DNA of 64,000 nucleotides from Dictyostelium discoideum (Eukaryota). The stretch spans positions 4,448,001 to 4,512,000 of the forward strand of contig CM000151.3 of assembly GCA_000004695.1 (NCBI GenBank), written 5' to 3'. The notes under the pieces are model-generated. The model did not search any database. It worked only from the letters and a program-made list of their open reading frames with translations, and was not told the origin of the DNA. Position 1 is the stretch's first letter, and each line of letters opens with the position of its first letter. The position numbers and the translations under genes are program-made. Positions 31,756 through 42,493 of the stretch are shown one piece after another.

Positions 31756-32527
31756 ATGGAACAACAACAAAATCAAACAGAATCAGTTAATAATAATTCA
31801 ACAAAAGTTTGTGAAACATTTCTCCAAAACTTACCAACTGATGTAAAAGAAAGAAAGCAATACATTTGCCAAGTTAAGAAAGCTCTCAAAGAAGAAAAAA
31901 GAAAATTAAAACAAACTAAATATGAAAAGTATGGGAAACAATGCAAACGTGATAAACACGACAAACATGACAAACATGACAAACATGACAAACATGACAA
32001 ACATGACAAGCATGACAAACATGAAGGTTATTTCCACGGCCACCGTTATCACCATGGAGGTCATCCAGAGTGTCCATCAGTAGGTTATCCAGTTCACCAT
32101 GGTTACCAAGGTTTCCCAGGTCACCATTTCGGCGGTCATCATGGTCATCACTTTGGTGGTGGTCATCATAGCTATCCAGGTCATCACGGGTCATCAAGGC
32201 TTCCCAGGTCATCATTTCGGTGGTGGTCATCATGGTCATCACTTTGGTGGTGGTCACCATGGTCACCATTTCGGTGGTCATCATGGTCATCATGATGCAA
32301 TGAATGATTGGAGTGTACAAAGTAAAATCAATCATTTAATTAGTAAGAAACAAGTTCTTATTGCTAAAACTCAATTAATTGAATCTAAAATTGCTGCTTT
32401 AACTGAAATAAATCAAACTACAACTACAACTACCACTGCTACTGCTGCACCATCAACTCCAACTCCAACTCCAACAACACCTCAACAACCAATTGACTCT
32501 GTTATCGGAAGTTTTAGTCAAATGTAA
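31756..32527 (+). CDS. His/Gly-rich repeat protein. It has an N-terminal basic region with (KHD)7, then HHGHHFGGG / GYQGFPGHHFGG repeats, then a C-terminal coiled-coil and a Thr/Pro-rich tail. The reading frame needs a -1 correction near 32189-32191 (an extra G in 'cacggg'). It is a frameshifted gene, a pseudogene, or a reference error.
   Basis: ORF 31756..32295 encodes MEQQQNQTESVNNNSTKVCETFLQNLPTDVKERKQYICQVKKALKEEKRKLKQTKYEKYGKQCKRDKHDKHDKHDKHDKHDKHDKHDKHEGYFHGHRYHHGGHPECPSVGYPVHHGYQGFPGHHFGGHHGHHFGGGHHSYPGHH, then runs into a Trp/Ser-rich nonsense tail. ORF 32099..32527 in the +2 frame continues the same repeat (GHQGFPGHHFGGGHHGHHFGGGHHGHHFGGHHGHHDAMNDWSVQSKINHLISKKQVLIAKTQLIESKIAALTEINQTTTTTTTATAAPSTPTPTPTTPQQPIDSVIGSFSQM*). 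Deleting one G from ggtcatcacGggtcatcaaggcttccca restores HHGHQGFPGHHFGGG. Confidence 0.6.
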
Positions 32528-32660
32528 TTTGAATGTAAATAATCAAAATCAAAAAAATAACAATAAATTTATAATAATTTAAAATATTATTTTTTAATTT
32601 TATTTATTTAAATTACTTTTTTTATTTATAAAGTACAAGTTTTGTTAAACATAAATGATA

Positions 32661-32834
32661 TTAAATTTTTATTTTGAAAAACCTATTTAATCTAACTTTA
32701 TTTGAAATATAAAATACCAAAACAAAAACCAATATTGAGATATAAATTCCTATTAAAATTCCCATACCTATCATAAATTGTAGGTGATTTAATTTTAAAT
32801 ATCTTATGATTAAACAAAAAATTGACACAACCAT
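32661..32834 (-). CDS. Possible small two-helix membrane ORF or terminal exon: MVVSIFCLIIRYLKLNHLQFMIGMGILIGIYISILVFVLVFYISNKVRLNRFFKIKI (57 aa). The open frame extends upstream to ~32975 without an ATG.
   Basis: Found by manual translation of the minus strand. It is below the ORF-track length cutoff, and no convincing upstream exon was found. Confidence 0.2.
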   Translation of the reverse strand: MVVSIFCLIIRYLKLNHLQFMIGMGILIGIYISILVFVLVFYISNKVRLNRFFKIKI

Positions 32835-32983
32835 GATGGCAACTGGTAAAAGTATTGGAATTCTTTTTACTTTTAATTTAAATTCATTGACAGTATCACC
32901 AAATTCGTTGGATGAAATAATACCTTTTAATTCTTTTAGTAATGAGTGTTTTGATGTAAATCTATCAATTGTATATTAAAACA

Positions 32984-33086
32984 TTTTATTTTATTTTATT
33001 TTATTTTATTTTATTTTATATTATTTTATTTTATTTTATTTTATTTTATTTTATTTTATTTTATTTTATTTTATTTTATTTTATTT
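32984..33086. repeat. (TTTTA)n microsatellite, ~20 units.
   Basis: Read directly. Confidence 0.9.
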
Positions 33087-33625
33087 AATTCCAATTAATT
33101 TTTTTTTTTTTTTTTTTCTACCTTAATGATTATTCTAATTTGGTTTTTATTTTTTTTTTTATTTGATTTTTTAATTTTTTTTTTTTAAATATTATTACCC
33201 CAATAAAAAAAAATATTTATAAAAAAAAAAAAAAAGGGATTTGGGGAATCCGATCAAAAAAAAAAATATACATAACATTTACATTGTCTTTTCAAAAAAA
33301 CAAGTGTTTATGTAATTTTATTTTTTAAAATATTAAGAAACTTTTTGTCACATTTTAATTTGATCGTGTAACTGTTTTAAAAAACACAATAATTTTTTTT
33401 ATTTAATTTATTTTTTTTATTTTTTATCAAAATTTCGGAAAATTTCAACATCTCTTTTAAAAGGCTGGTCGGAATTAAAAAATGAAATTAAATTTTGTTT
33501 TTTTTATTTTTTTTTTTATTTTTTTTATTTTTTTTTTTTTTATTTTCTGAAAATCATTCACACACATCACAATTCATATATTAAATAATTAAATAAACAA
33601 ATAAATAAATAAATAAATAAATAAA

Positions 33626-34490
33626 ATGACAGGAACTAGAACTTTTTTTGTTGGTGGAAATCATAAAATGGTAAATATATATTTTAATATTAATATTAAT
33701 ATTATTTTTAAAATTGTTTATTTAACATTTTTTTTTTTTAAATTAATTTTTTTAAATTTAGAATGGTAGTAAATCAATGTTAGAATCTTTAAGTAAAGGA
33801 ATGAATGAATCAGTTGAAAATAAAGAAAATGTTGATATTTTCATTGCACCATCATATCCATATTTAGAATTTTTATCAAATAAATTAGATAATAAAAAGT
33901 TTAAAGTTTGTTCACAAAATTGTTATAGTGTTGCCAAAGGTGCATTCACAGGTGAAATCAGTGCTAATATGTTGGTTGATTTAGGTATTCCATACGTTAT
34001 CATTGGTCATAGTGAGAGAAGAAATGTATTTAGCGAATCAAGTGAGTTAATTACAAAGAAAACAAAGTATGCAATTTCATTAGGTCTCACAGTTATCTTA
34101 TGTTTAGGTGAACTTTTAGCAGACAGAAAATCAAATAACACTGAACACATCCTAAGTGAACAATTGAAAGATTTCGCTTCATTCACTCCAGAAGAATGGT
34201 CAAAGATCGTAATTGCCTATGAACCAGTTTGGGCAATTGGTACTGGTGCCGTTGCAACTCCACAAGAAGCTCAAGATACTCATGTTTTCATTCGTAAATG
34301 GATTAGTGAAAAGGTTTCTGAAGATGTTGCAAAGAAAACCTCGATCATGTATGGTGGTTCTGTTAATGCTGACAATTGTCATAACCTTTCAAAGCAATCT
34401 GATATCGATGGTTTCTTAGTTGGTGGTGCTTCCCTTGTTGCCAGTGATTTCATTGCCATCATTAAATCTGCTGTTCCAAAGAAATATTGA
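33626..34490 (+). CDS. tpiA: Triosephosphate isomerase, 257 aa, two exons: 33626..33670 (MTGTRTFFVGGNHKM) and 33762..34490. The intron is 33671..33761 (GTAAAT...ATTTAG, phase 0).
   Basis: The spliced product MTGTRTFFVGGNHKM|NGSKSMLESL...QNCYSVAKGAFTGEISANMLVDLGIPYVIIGHSERR...IAYEPVWAIGTGAVATPQEAQDTHVFIRKWI...IMYGGSVNADNCHNLSKQSDIDGFLVGGASL... carries the catalytic Lys, His and Glu, plus the FVGGNWKMNG, AYEPVWAIGTG and YGGS TIM signatures. Track ORF 33777..34490 is exon 2 starting at an internal Met. Confidence 0.9.
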
Positions 34491-34648
34491 ATCTCAAATT
34501 TATAAAAATAAAAATAAAAAATAAATAAAAATCTATAAGATTATTTTAATCTATAATGTAAAAAAAAAAAAAAAAATAATATATAAAATTAGATAATAAA
34601 AACTATAAATAATTTATAATAATAATCATAAAAAAAAAAAGTTTATTT

Positions 34649-34697
<49 letters not shown>

Positions 34698-34748
34698 TTT
34701 GAATGTATGTACAATTAATGGAAACTGTAATGATTTTTCCCTTTTTTT

Positions 34749-35298
34749 TTATTTCTTGGCAACTACTTTCTTTTTTGAGGCGACAACTTTTTTACCAGAT
34801 GAAGAAGCTGAAGCAGTTTTCTTTAATGCAACAACTTTCTTCTTTTCAACTTTCTTTTTGATTGCAGTGGTTGGCTAAAAATATAAAAAAAAGAAAAAAA
34901 TATTAAAAGTTAATGTGAATATAAAAAATATTTGCAAATTATTTATTATATTGTGTATATAAAAAAAAAAAACCACCAAAAAAAAAAAAAAAAAGAAAAA
35001 AAATATTTATTAATAAAACATACCTTAACTGTTGTGGTTGATTTCTTACGAACAACTTTGGAAGCAACTGGTGGTTCTATAATATAATTTTTTTTTTTAA
35101 AAAAAAAAGTATTAGAAAATAGAAAAAAAAAAAAATGACTAAAAAAAAAAAAAAAAACGTACGATCTGCTAATCTTTCTGGTGCTTTGATTATTGTTCTT
35201 GAACTGGAATGAGTAATAACACCTTGAAGAGAAAATGGTTTTCTTGTAGTTGTTGATTTCTTTGTTGTGGCAACTTTAGCAGTAGATGTTTCTGTCAT
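34749..35298 (-). CDS. Small Lys/Thr-rich basic protein, 104 aa (histone-H1-tail / HMG-like composition), three exons: 35163..35298, 35024..35076 and 34749..34874. The introns are 35077..35162 (GTACGT...TATAG, phase 1) and 34875..35023 (GTATGT...TTTTAG, phase 0).
   Basis: Exon 1 encodes MTETSTAKVATTKKSTTTRKPFSLQGVITHSSSRTIIKAPERLAD. The junction gives Q, then exon 2 PPVASKVVRKKSTTTVK, then exon 3 PTTAIKKKVEKKKVVALKKTASASSSGKKVVASKKKVVAKK*. The poly-Phe tail of ORF 35077..35298 is intron read-through. Confidence 0.55.
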
Positions 35299-35881
35299 TT
35301 TTTTTTTTTTTTTGGTTGGTTGAGTTATTGATAATGATAAAATTTTATTTAATTTTTTTTTTTTAGAAAAAAAGGGAAAAGTTTAGTTGGTAGTCAACTG
35401 TTTTTTTTCTATAATATATTTAAAATTGATTAAAAAAAATAAAATGTTGATATTTTTAATTTTTTTAATTTTTTTTTTTATATTTTTATTTTTATTTATT
35501 AACAGATAAAAAAAAAAAAAAAAAAAAGGGATTAGTAAAAATTAACAATGATTTTAGATTTTTTTTTTTTTTTTTTTTTTTAATACACACATGATAATAA
35601 CAAATATTTTGAAAAAATATGTATTGTCAAATATATTTTAAATAACAAAAATAAAAATGAAAAAAAAAAAAAAAAAAAAAAAAAAATATCAAAATTTCAT
35701 TTTTTTTTATTTTATTTTATTTTTTTTTAATTATTTTAAATTTCAAACCTAACGGCTATAAATAAACATTATCCACACCTTTTAAAAAAAAAACTTTTTT
35801 ATTTTTAGATTTTTTATTTTTTTTTTATTTATATCATTTTTATTTATTAACATATGATTGAAATATTATCTTATTTTAACA

Positions 35882-35917
<36 letters not shown>

Positions 35918-35983
35918 AGGTATGGAATTTTGTTTAAAAAAAAAAAAAAAATGATTTTAGATTTTAATTTTAATTTTTTATTA

Positions 35984-36016
<33 letters not shown>

Positions 36017-36018
36017 TA

Positions 36019-39000
36019 TTAAATTGTTTGGATTGTGGGGAAATTATTTATAAATAAATTAGATAAATCTTGATAACCAAGAGATTGAGATAAACTATAC
36101 CATTGTTTAACATCATTAATTTTTATAGAAGCTTTACAATTATTAATAAAAAAAGTAAAGAATTCAATATGATTTAATTCAACCAAAGAATGAATAGATT
36201 GTAATGAACTATCAATAATAATTTTATCTTTTAATTTACAATCATTTAACATCCAATCTAATAAATCAATACGTAATACTTGAATTGCTGATTTAAAAAC
36301 TAAATTAATATCTAAACAATTATTATTATTATTATTATCATTATTATTTGAAATACAAAACTCATTTATAAAACGATTTAATAATTGTTTATCTTTAAAA
36401 TTACCAAATATTTTTGATAAAACTTGTAGTAAAATATTTGAAGTATTATTATTATTATTATCATTATGAAGTTGGTCTTGATTTTGATCTTGATCTTGTT
36501 GTAATTGTTGTTTTAAAAATCCTTTAAAACATTTAAATAATGGTTCAATTTCACCAATATTACCAAAGAAATAAACATCTTTTTCATTATCTGAAAATAC
36601 ATCAATTCTAATATGTTGATGAGTAAATAAACGTGGTTGTAAATTATTATAATTTTCATTTTCATTTTCATTTTCTTGAAATAATGATTGTAATTTTAAA
36701 AGTAATTGAGTTTCACTAGAATTAAAAATTGAATCAAATGAAAATTCAGGTTTCATTAAACATTGAGATAAGAAAGGATCTTGTAAAAGTCTTGATGAAT
36801 CTTTATCTTTTTTTTTAATTAAATAATTAAATCTTTCTTTTGAAATTATAAAAGATGAAATTTTAATTGATTTAATTGTTAAATAATTAAAAGTTTCAAA
36901 TAAATCTTCAGAAACTTTATAATTACCAATTGATAATAAAATATCTCTAACTAATTTAATATTATAATAATTTGAATCAAAACATTGTATAATAGTTTTA
37001 TATAAATGTTCAAATAATGGTACTAATATATCATTATAATAATCATCACCACCACCACTACCATTACCACTACCACCTTTTTTAAAATTCCAATTTTTTA
37101 AAATTAATTCTAAAACTTTAAAAACCAATTGAAATTGAAATTTATTTTTATAAATTTTCTTTCTAAATCCATCATCTTCAGCAACTTTATAAAAACAATA
37201 TTGTTGAGTTTGATAAACGAAACCATTGATATCATTCAATTTAATTGAATCAATATTGCTATTAAAATTTAATGATGATAAAATTATTAATGCTTCTTCA
37301 AATTTATTTTCAAATATAAAATTTATTACCAACATAATTGATTCATTTTGAAATTGATTATAATTTATATTTAATTGTTTTAATAATTCAATTTTATTTT
37401 CACCCTCTAAAGTAACATGTAATGATTTAAATAATGAAGAAATATATAAAATCCAAGTTTGACAATCGAAAATTCTATAATTTGATTGATTTAGGTAATC
37501 GAAAAATTCAATAATTTTATCTTTTTCAATTTGATTTGTAATTTCATTAAAAAATTCTTTTTTATAATCAGTTTTTGCTAAAATTTCTCTTGAACCAAAG
37601 TTTTTAAATACAACACCAATTTTTAAATCCAATTCTTTTAAAATCTTTAAATTAAATGTTAATAATGATTTTAAAAATGGTATTGAAAAACAATAATAAT
37701 CTGGAATATGTTTAAATAATGATTTAAAATAATTTGAAATTGAAATTGAATTATTATTATCATCATCATCGCTCTCTAATAAATTCATTGAAATTGGTAA
37801 AAATTTAATTTCAAGTTTAATTGATGGATTTCTAATTTTAAATATAAAATCAACATCTTGTTTACATTGTATTGTTGATAAGTATTGATTTAAGCCATAG
37901 TATTCAATTTGATTATCTCTATAATTAGGTAAAATAACATTTTCATAATACCATTGATATTTTTTCATTGGTGATATTTCACCAACAGGGAAATCAATAT
38001 TAATAAAACTCTCTCTGTATGGGAATCCTTTAATATTTGTTACTTTTTCAACCAAGTCAACTGAAAATTCTCTATAGTATAATAAACAATTTGCAAATGT
38101 TGGCCAAAATAAAAATTGTAAACCTGTATCTTTTTTAAGATTTTCTTGAGACCTATATTGGCAATATTGATTTATGAATTCGATTATTCTATTCTCACTT
38201 TCTTTACTACCATCAAATAGTTTATCCTTATATGTATAATAATTATTTAAATATTTCTCTTTTAAAGTATTTGACCATTCCGGTGAGATTTTACTTTGTC
38301 TACTCAAACTTTTACTTGTTAAATATTTTAAAGCATTGATTGAAAGTAATGAAAATGTATATTCATAAACAACTGAATCAAATAATGGTAAATCTGCTAT
38401 AACATCATCATAATCTACTAAATATTCAAAATATAATAATTCTTTATCAATTGATGACATTGGTGATTTAAGTATTAAAATTTTTAATTTTTTTATATAA
38501 TCTTCATTATCACTACCACTACCATCAATTTTATTATTTAATAATAAATTATAATAAATTAATTCTTGAATTGATTTATCTTTTAAAGTTTTAATAATTT
38601 TATCAACAACAATTGAACAAATATTAGTTTCATTATCATTTTCTCTATCTAATAAATTCATTTCTAATAATTTTATTGAAATTGTTAAATTTGATTTAAT
38701 ATTTAATAAATGATTTAAATGAATTTTTTCCATTTCTTTAAAATTAATTTCATTATATAATCCTTTATTTAATACCCATTGAATAATATCTATTGATCCA
38801 TTTATTGTTGATAATTTTAATGATTTATTTTCAATCTTTCCTTTTAATAATTTACTACCACTACTACCAATACTATTTATTATAATTTCATTATATAAAT
38901 ATTCCATAACTTCAATTGAAGATGAATTTGATAAAGCATATTCAATAGTTGTTGAATCAATTTCAAATTTTTTATAATATATATCTAATTCTTTATTTAT

Positions 39001-39468
39001 TTCATTTTCTTTATCTGATTTTTGAGTTTTAAATAAATATTTTATAAAATTTAAATTATTAAATTTAATTGATAATTCTAATAAATTTGAAATTTTAAAT
39101 AAAATTTCTCTTTTTAAATTAAATAATAATAATAATGATTCTTCTTGTGATTCGTGTGATTGTTGTTGTTGTTGTGATTGTTGTTGTGATTGTGATTGTT
39201 GTTGTTTTATTAATACTTTTTTAAATAATAATTCTATACCATCTCTATTAATTTGAACAAATTCTCCACTTTTTAATTTATAATTTAATAATGGAAATTG
39301 ATTTTTTTCAACCATAAATTTTAAAGAAGAGATATGTTTAAATTTTATTCTATTCAAGTGATTGTATTGAGAGAGTTCATCATAGTTTAATTTATCATTT
39401 GAAATATGATAAAATATTTTATTTCTTAAAAATAAATTTTTATATACTTTAAAAAAGAGTTCATCCAT
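36019..39468 (-). CDS. Hypothetical protein, 1,149 aa, with Asn/Gln-rich low-complexity segments. I could not assign a domain by eye.
   Basis: A long single ORF with an ATG in an A-rich context: MDELFFKVYKNLFLRNKIFYHISNDKLNYDELSQYNHLNRIKFKHISSLKFMVEKNQFPLL... Codon usage is typical for this genome. Confidence 0.7.
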   Translation of the reverse strand: MDELFFKVYKNLFLRNKIFYHISNDKLNYDELSQYNHLNRIKFKHISSLKFMVEKNQFPLLNYKLKSGEFVQINRDGIELLFKKVLIKQQQSQSQQQSQQQQQSHESQEESLLLLFNLKREILFKISNLLELSIKFNNLNFIKYLFKTQKSDKENEINKELDIYYKKFEIDSTTIEYALSNSSSIEVMEYLYNEIIINSIGSSGSKLLKGKIENKSLKLSTINGSIDIIQWVLNKGLYNEINFKEMEKIHLNHLLNIKSNLTISIKLLEMNLLDRENDNETNICSIVVDKIIKTLKDKSIQELIYYNLLLNNKIDGSGSDNEDYIKKLKILILKSPMSSIDKELLYFEYLVDYDDVIADLPLFDSVVYEYTFSLLSINALKYLTSKSLSRQSKISPEWSNTLKEKYLNNYYTYKDKLFDGSKESENRIIEFINQYCQYRSQENLKKDTGLQFLFWPTFANCLLYYREFSVDLVEKVTNIKGFPYRESFINIDFPVGEISPMKKYQWYYENVILPNYRDNQIEYYGLNQYLSTIQCKQDVDFIFKIRNPSIKLEIKFLPISMNLLESDDDDNNNSISISNYFKSLFKHIPDYYCFSIPFLKSLLTFNLKILKELDLKIGVVFKNFGSREILAKTDYKKEFFNEITNQIEKDKIIEFFDYLNQSNYRIFDCQTWILYISSLFKSLHVTLEGENKIELLKQLNINYNQFQNESIMLVINFIFENKFEEALIILSSLNFNSNIDSIKLNDINGFVYQTQQYCFYKVAEDDGFRKKIYKNKFQFQLVFKVLELILKNWNFKKGGSGNGSGGGDDYYNDILVPLFEHLYKTIIQCFDSNYYNIKLVRDILLSIGNYKVSEDLFETFNYLTIKSIKISSFIISKERFNYLIKKKDKDSSRLLQDPFLSQCLMKPEFSFDSIFNSSETQLLLKLQSLFQENENENENYNNLQPRLFTHQHIRIDVFSDNEKDVYFFGNIGEIEPLFKCFKGFLKQQLQQDQDQNQDQLHNDNNNNNTSNILLQVLSKIFGNFKDKQLLNRFINEFCISNNNDNNNNNNCLDINLVFKSAIQVLRIDLLDWMLNDCKLKDKIIIDSSLQSIHSLVELNHIEFFTFFINNCKASIKINDVKQWYSLSQSLGYQDLSNLFINNFPTIQTI

Positions 39469-39499
39469 TTTTTTTTGAATATGAATACATTAAAATGAT

Positions 39500-39532
<33 letters not shown>

Positions 39533-40655
39533 AAAAAAAAAAGAAAAAAAGAAGAAATTATTTAAAATTGTTTTTTTTGAAAATAAATATCGTGATATTT
39601 TTTTTGTGTGATTGAAAAAAAAAAAAAAAAAAGAATTTATTTAATTTTTTGTTAAAAAAGTGAAATAATACAAATAGCATTACGTTTTTCAAATCATTTT
39701 ATTTTTTCATTTTTAAACTGTTATGAATAAATTAAAATAAATTATGTATAAAAAAAAAAAAAAAAATAGGTTTTAAATTAATAATATAAGGTTGAGGTAT
39801 TTAATTATTAATTTTTATTTTATATTTTTTAACCTTCTTAAATTATAATATATTTTTGATTTGCTTTAAAATGTAATTATTTGATAAAACCATTAAGAAT
39901 GATAAAAAATTGTTTTTTTTTTTTTTTTTTTATAAAAAAAAAAATTTGGTGATTGTCGTAGTAATATAATTATCTACCTATCAACAATGACATAGTGCAT
40001 AGATAAATCTTTCCTTTCTCTGTCATTGGATTAGTACCGATTTATATTAGGCAAACAAACACCTTTTTTTTTAAAATTATTTTGAGCCATCTGGAACAAG
40101 TTAACTGTTTGAATGGTTAGGTCATTTCAAAATTGATATTATTATTGAAATTTGATATTAATCTTGAAATGCACTATAGAGATTAACTATAATAATATAA
40201 TTTGAGAATATTATACTCTTTTTTTTTTTTTAAATAAACAATAATAATAATAATATTTACTTTTTTTAAAGTTAAAGTGTCTTGGTTGGTTGTAAAGGTA
40301 ATGGTGGGAAAAAAAAAAAAAACTCTTTAAATACTTTTCTTTTTTTTTTTTTCAAATAAAATCAAATTGATATATTAGGAAAATACCTTTTTTTGATTTA
40401 AAGATCTCACAAATTAGATTTTTTAAATAATAATTTTTCTAAAAAGGAATAGTTTTTCAAAGGTTTTTTATTTTTTTAATTAATTAAATTTTTTTTTTTT
40501 TAACTTTAAATTTGAAAATTTTATTTGTTTTTAAATATCAAAATGATCAAAAAAAAAAAAAAAAAAAGAAAAAAAAATAGAAATAAAAAAAGGAACAGAA
40601 ATAAAAATACCATAAATACTATTGAGTTTTTTTATTTTTTTATTTTTTTTTATTT

Positions 40656-41805
40656 TTATTCTGGACCAAATACTAATTTTGGAGGTTCTAAATTATTTTC
40701 TTTTGAATAAAATGAAGGTTCTTTAGTTTGTAATAAAGATTGTGGGAATAAATGAATTGCAAGGTCATGGAAAATAAATTGAGTTGTATAATTATTTGGA
40801 AATAATAATTCATCATGAATTCCAAATGTTTTAGTGGTATAACTGAATGGTAAATGGTCCTCCTCAACCCTATTAATACTATCAATATATAAATTAAAAC
40901 TATTTCCAATGATTATAATATTTGAAAGTGTTTCCCAATTCGCCCATAATACATTATCATATAATTTTCTACCACAAAATGGCATGTAAAATATTGTGAA
41001 ATTTTCATCATTATTAGTAGTATTCGCTTTTCTTTTTCCTTCTTCATTAATTTCAATTAATTTAAAACCAATTTTTGATATTAATTGTTTCTCTAAATTA
41101 TTCATAACTGGATCATATATATAAATTGATTCAATATTACTATACATTGATTTAATAGATGTTATATATGCTAATTGATCTAAACATTTCTTACTTGAAC
41201 TAAAATCACCAATACCATAACATACTATTTCATTAACTTTTGAAAATATATCTTTAGTGTCACTTTCTTTATTATTGTTATTAAATTTATAATTAAATTG
41301 TAATTCAAGTATATCTTTAAAAAATTTAGTTTCTTTCATTTTATTTCTTTTTTGGAAATAATATTAGTTTTGAATTTTTGAATTTTTGAATTTTTTTTTT
41401 TTTATTTTTATATTTAAAAAAAAAAACATACTCTGATTCAATTAATGAATTATATAATTTAATTAATTGTTGTTCTTCTGATAATTCTTCAACTATTAAT
41501 TTATTATTTTTCTTTTTCTTTTTATTATTATTATTATTATTGTTATTTTGTGGATTATTTTGTAATTCTTTTTCACTTTCTTGATAATTTGAAGTCCATT
41601 GATTTTGTTTTTCAAAATATTTATCTCTAATCTCTTTATTCTTTTTATTATCATTGGTTGTAATTGTTTGTTCAATCTTTTGATTTACTTTTAAAACTTT
41701 ATTTTTTTTACCTTTTACAACAATTTGAAATCCATCTTCGTCTAGCAATGCTTCTGATTTTACTTGTGGTTGTTTATTATTATTATTTTTATTATTATTT
41801 GACAT
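40656..41805 (-). CDS. SRR1-domain protein, ~354 aa, two exons: 41432..41805 and 40656..41346. The intron is 41347..41431 (GTATGT...AAAAAG, phase 2).
   Basis: Exon 1 encodes MSNNNKNNNNKQPQVKSEALLDEDGFQIVVKGKKNK... (the DGW/FQ-V-kkk SRR1 N-motif) ...LIVEELSEEQQLIKLYNSLIESE. It joins to NKMKETKFFKDILELQFNYKF...EIVCYGIGDFSSSKKCLDQLAYITSIKSMYSNIESIYIYDPV..., the conserved SRR1 core (C-x-G-x-G...Q...YDP). ORF 41341..41805's C-terminal poly-Lys tail is intron read-through. Confidence 0.75.
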
Positions 41806-42493
41806 TTTAAGAAAATATAAATATGTCGTTTTTTTTTTTTATTTTCACTTTTTTTTTTTTTTTTTTTTTTTTTTTCATTCACACTTTTTTTTCATTTTAT
41901 TTTTAATTTTTTTTTTATTTTTGTTTTTATAACAGTGACCCAATTTTATTTTTCAATATGAATGTTTATAAAAATGGAGTTTTAATCTTCAACTAGAGTA
42001 TCAAACAATTGATTTTTGAGTAGCAGAACCTTTGGCTTTTGAATTGATTTCATTACCAAAAACTAACTAAATTCATAAAATAGTTTTACACTTTCAGTGA
42101 TTCTTGGGCATTAGGATTAGATTCATGGATCCTAAAAATTTCGATAGTTGCTAAATTTATCAATTACAAATATTTTTTTAAAAAAAAAAAATAAAAAAAT
42201 AAAAAAATAAAAAAATAAAATATAAAAAAGTTGGGAATAGAGGAAAAAAAAAAAAATTGGGAGGGACACAAATTTTTTTTTTTTTTTTTTTACAAACATT
42301 TTTTATTTAAAATAAAATGAAATAATAAAATAAAATTAAATTAAATTAAACTAAATCAAATCAAACCAAAACCAAAACCAAATCAAATCAAACCTAATCA
42401 TATTAAAAATATTAGTAATCTATTAATATTTTTAAATAATAAATTTTAAAAAAAAAACCTAGAAATAATATATTAGTTTTTGAAAGGGAAGGA

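Noticed and set aside
31773-32335. Antisense ORFs 31773..32018 and 31916..32335 with (CLS)n repeats
   Set aside because: They are the reverse-strand reading of the KHD and HHG repeat arrays of the His/Gly-rich gene.
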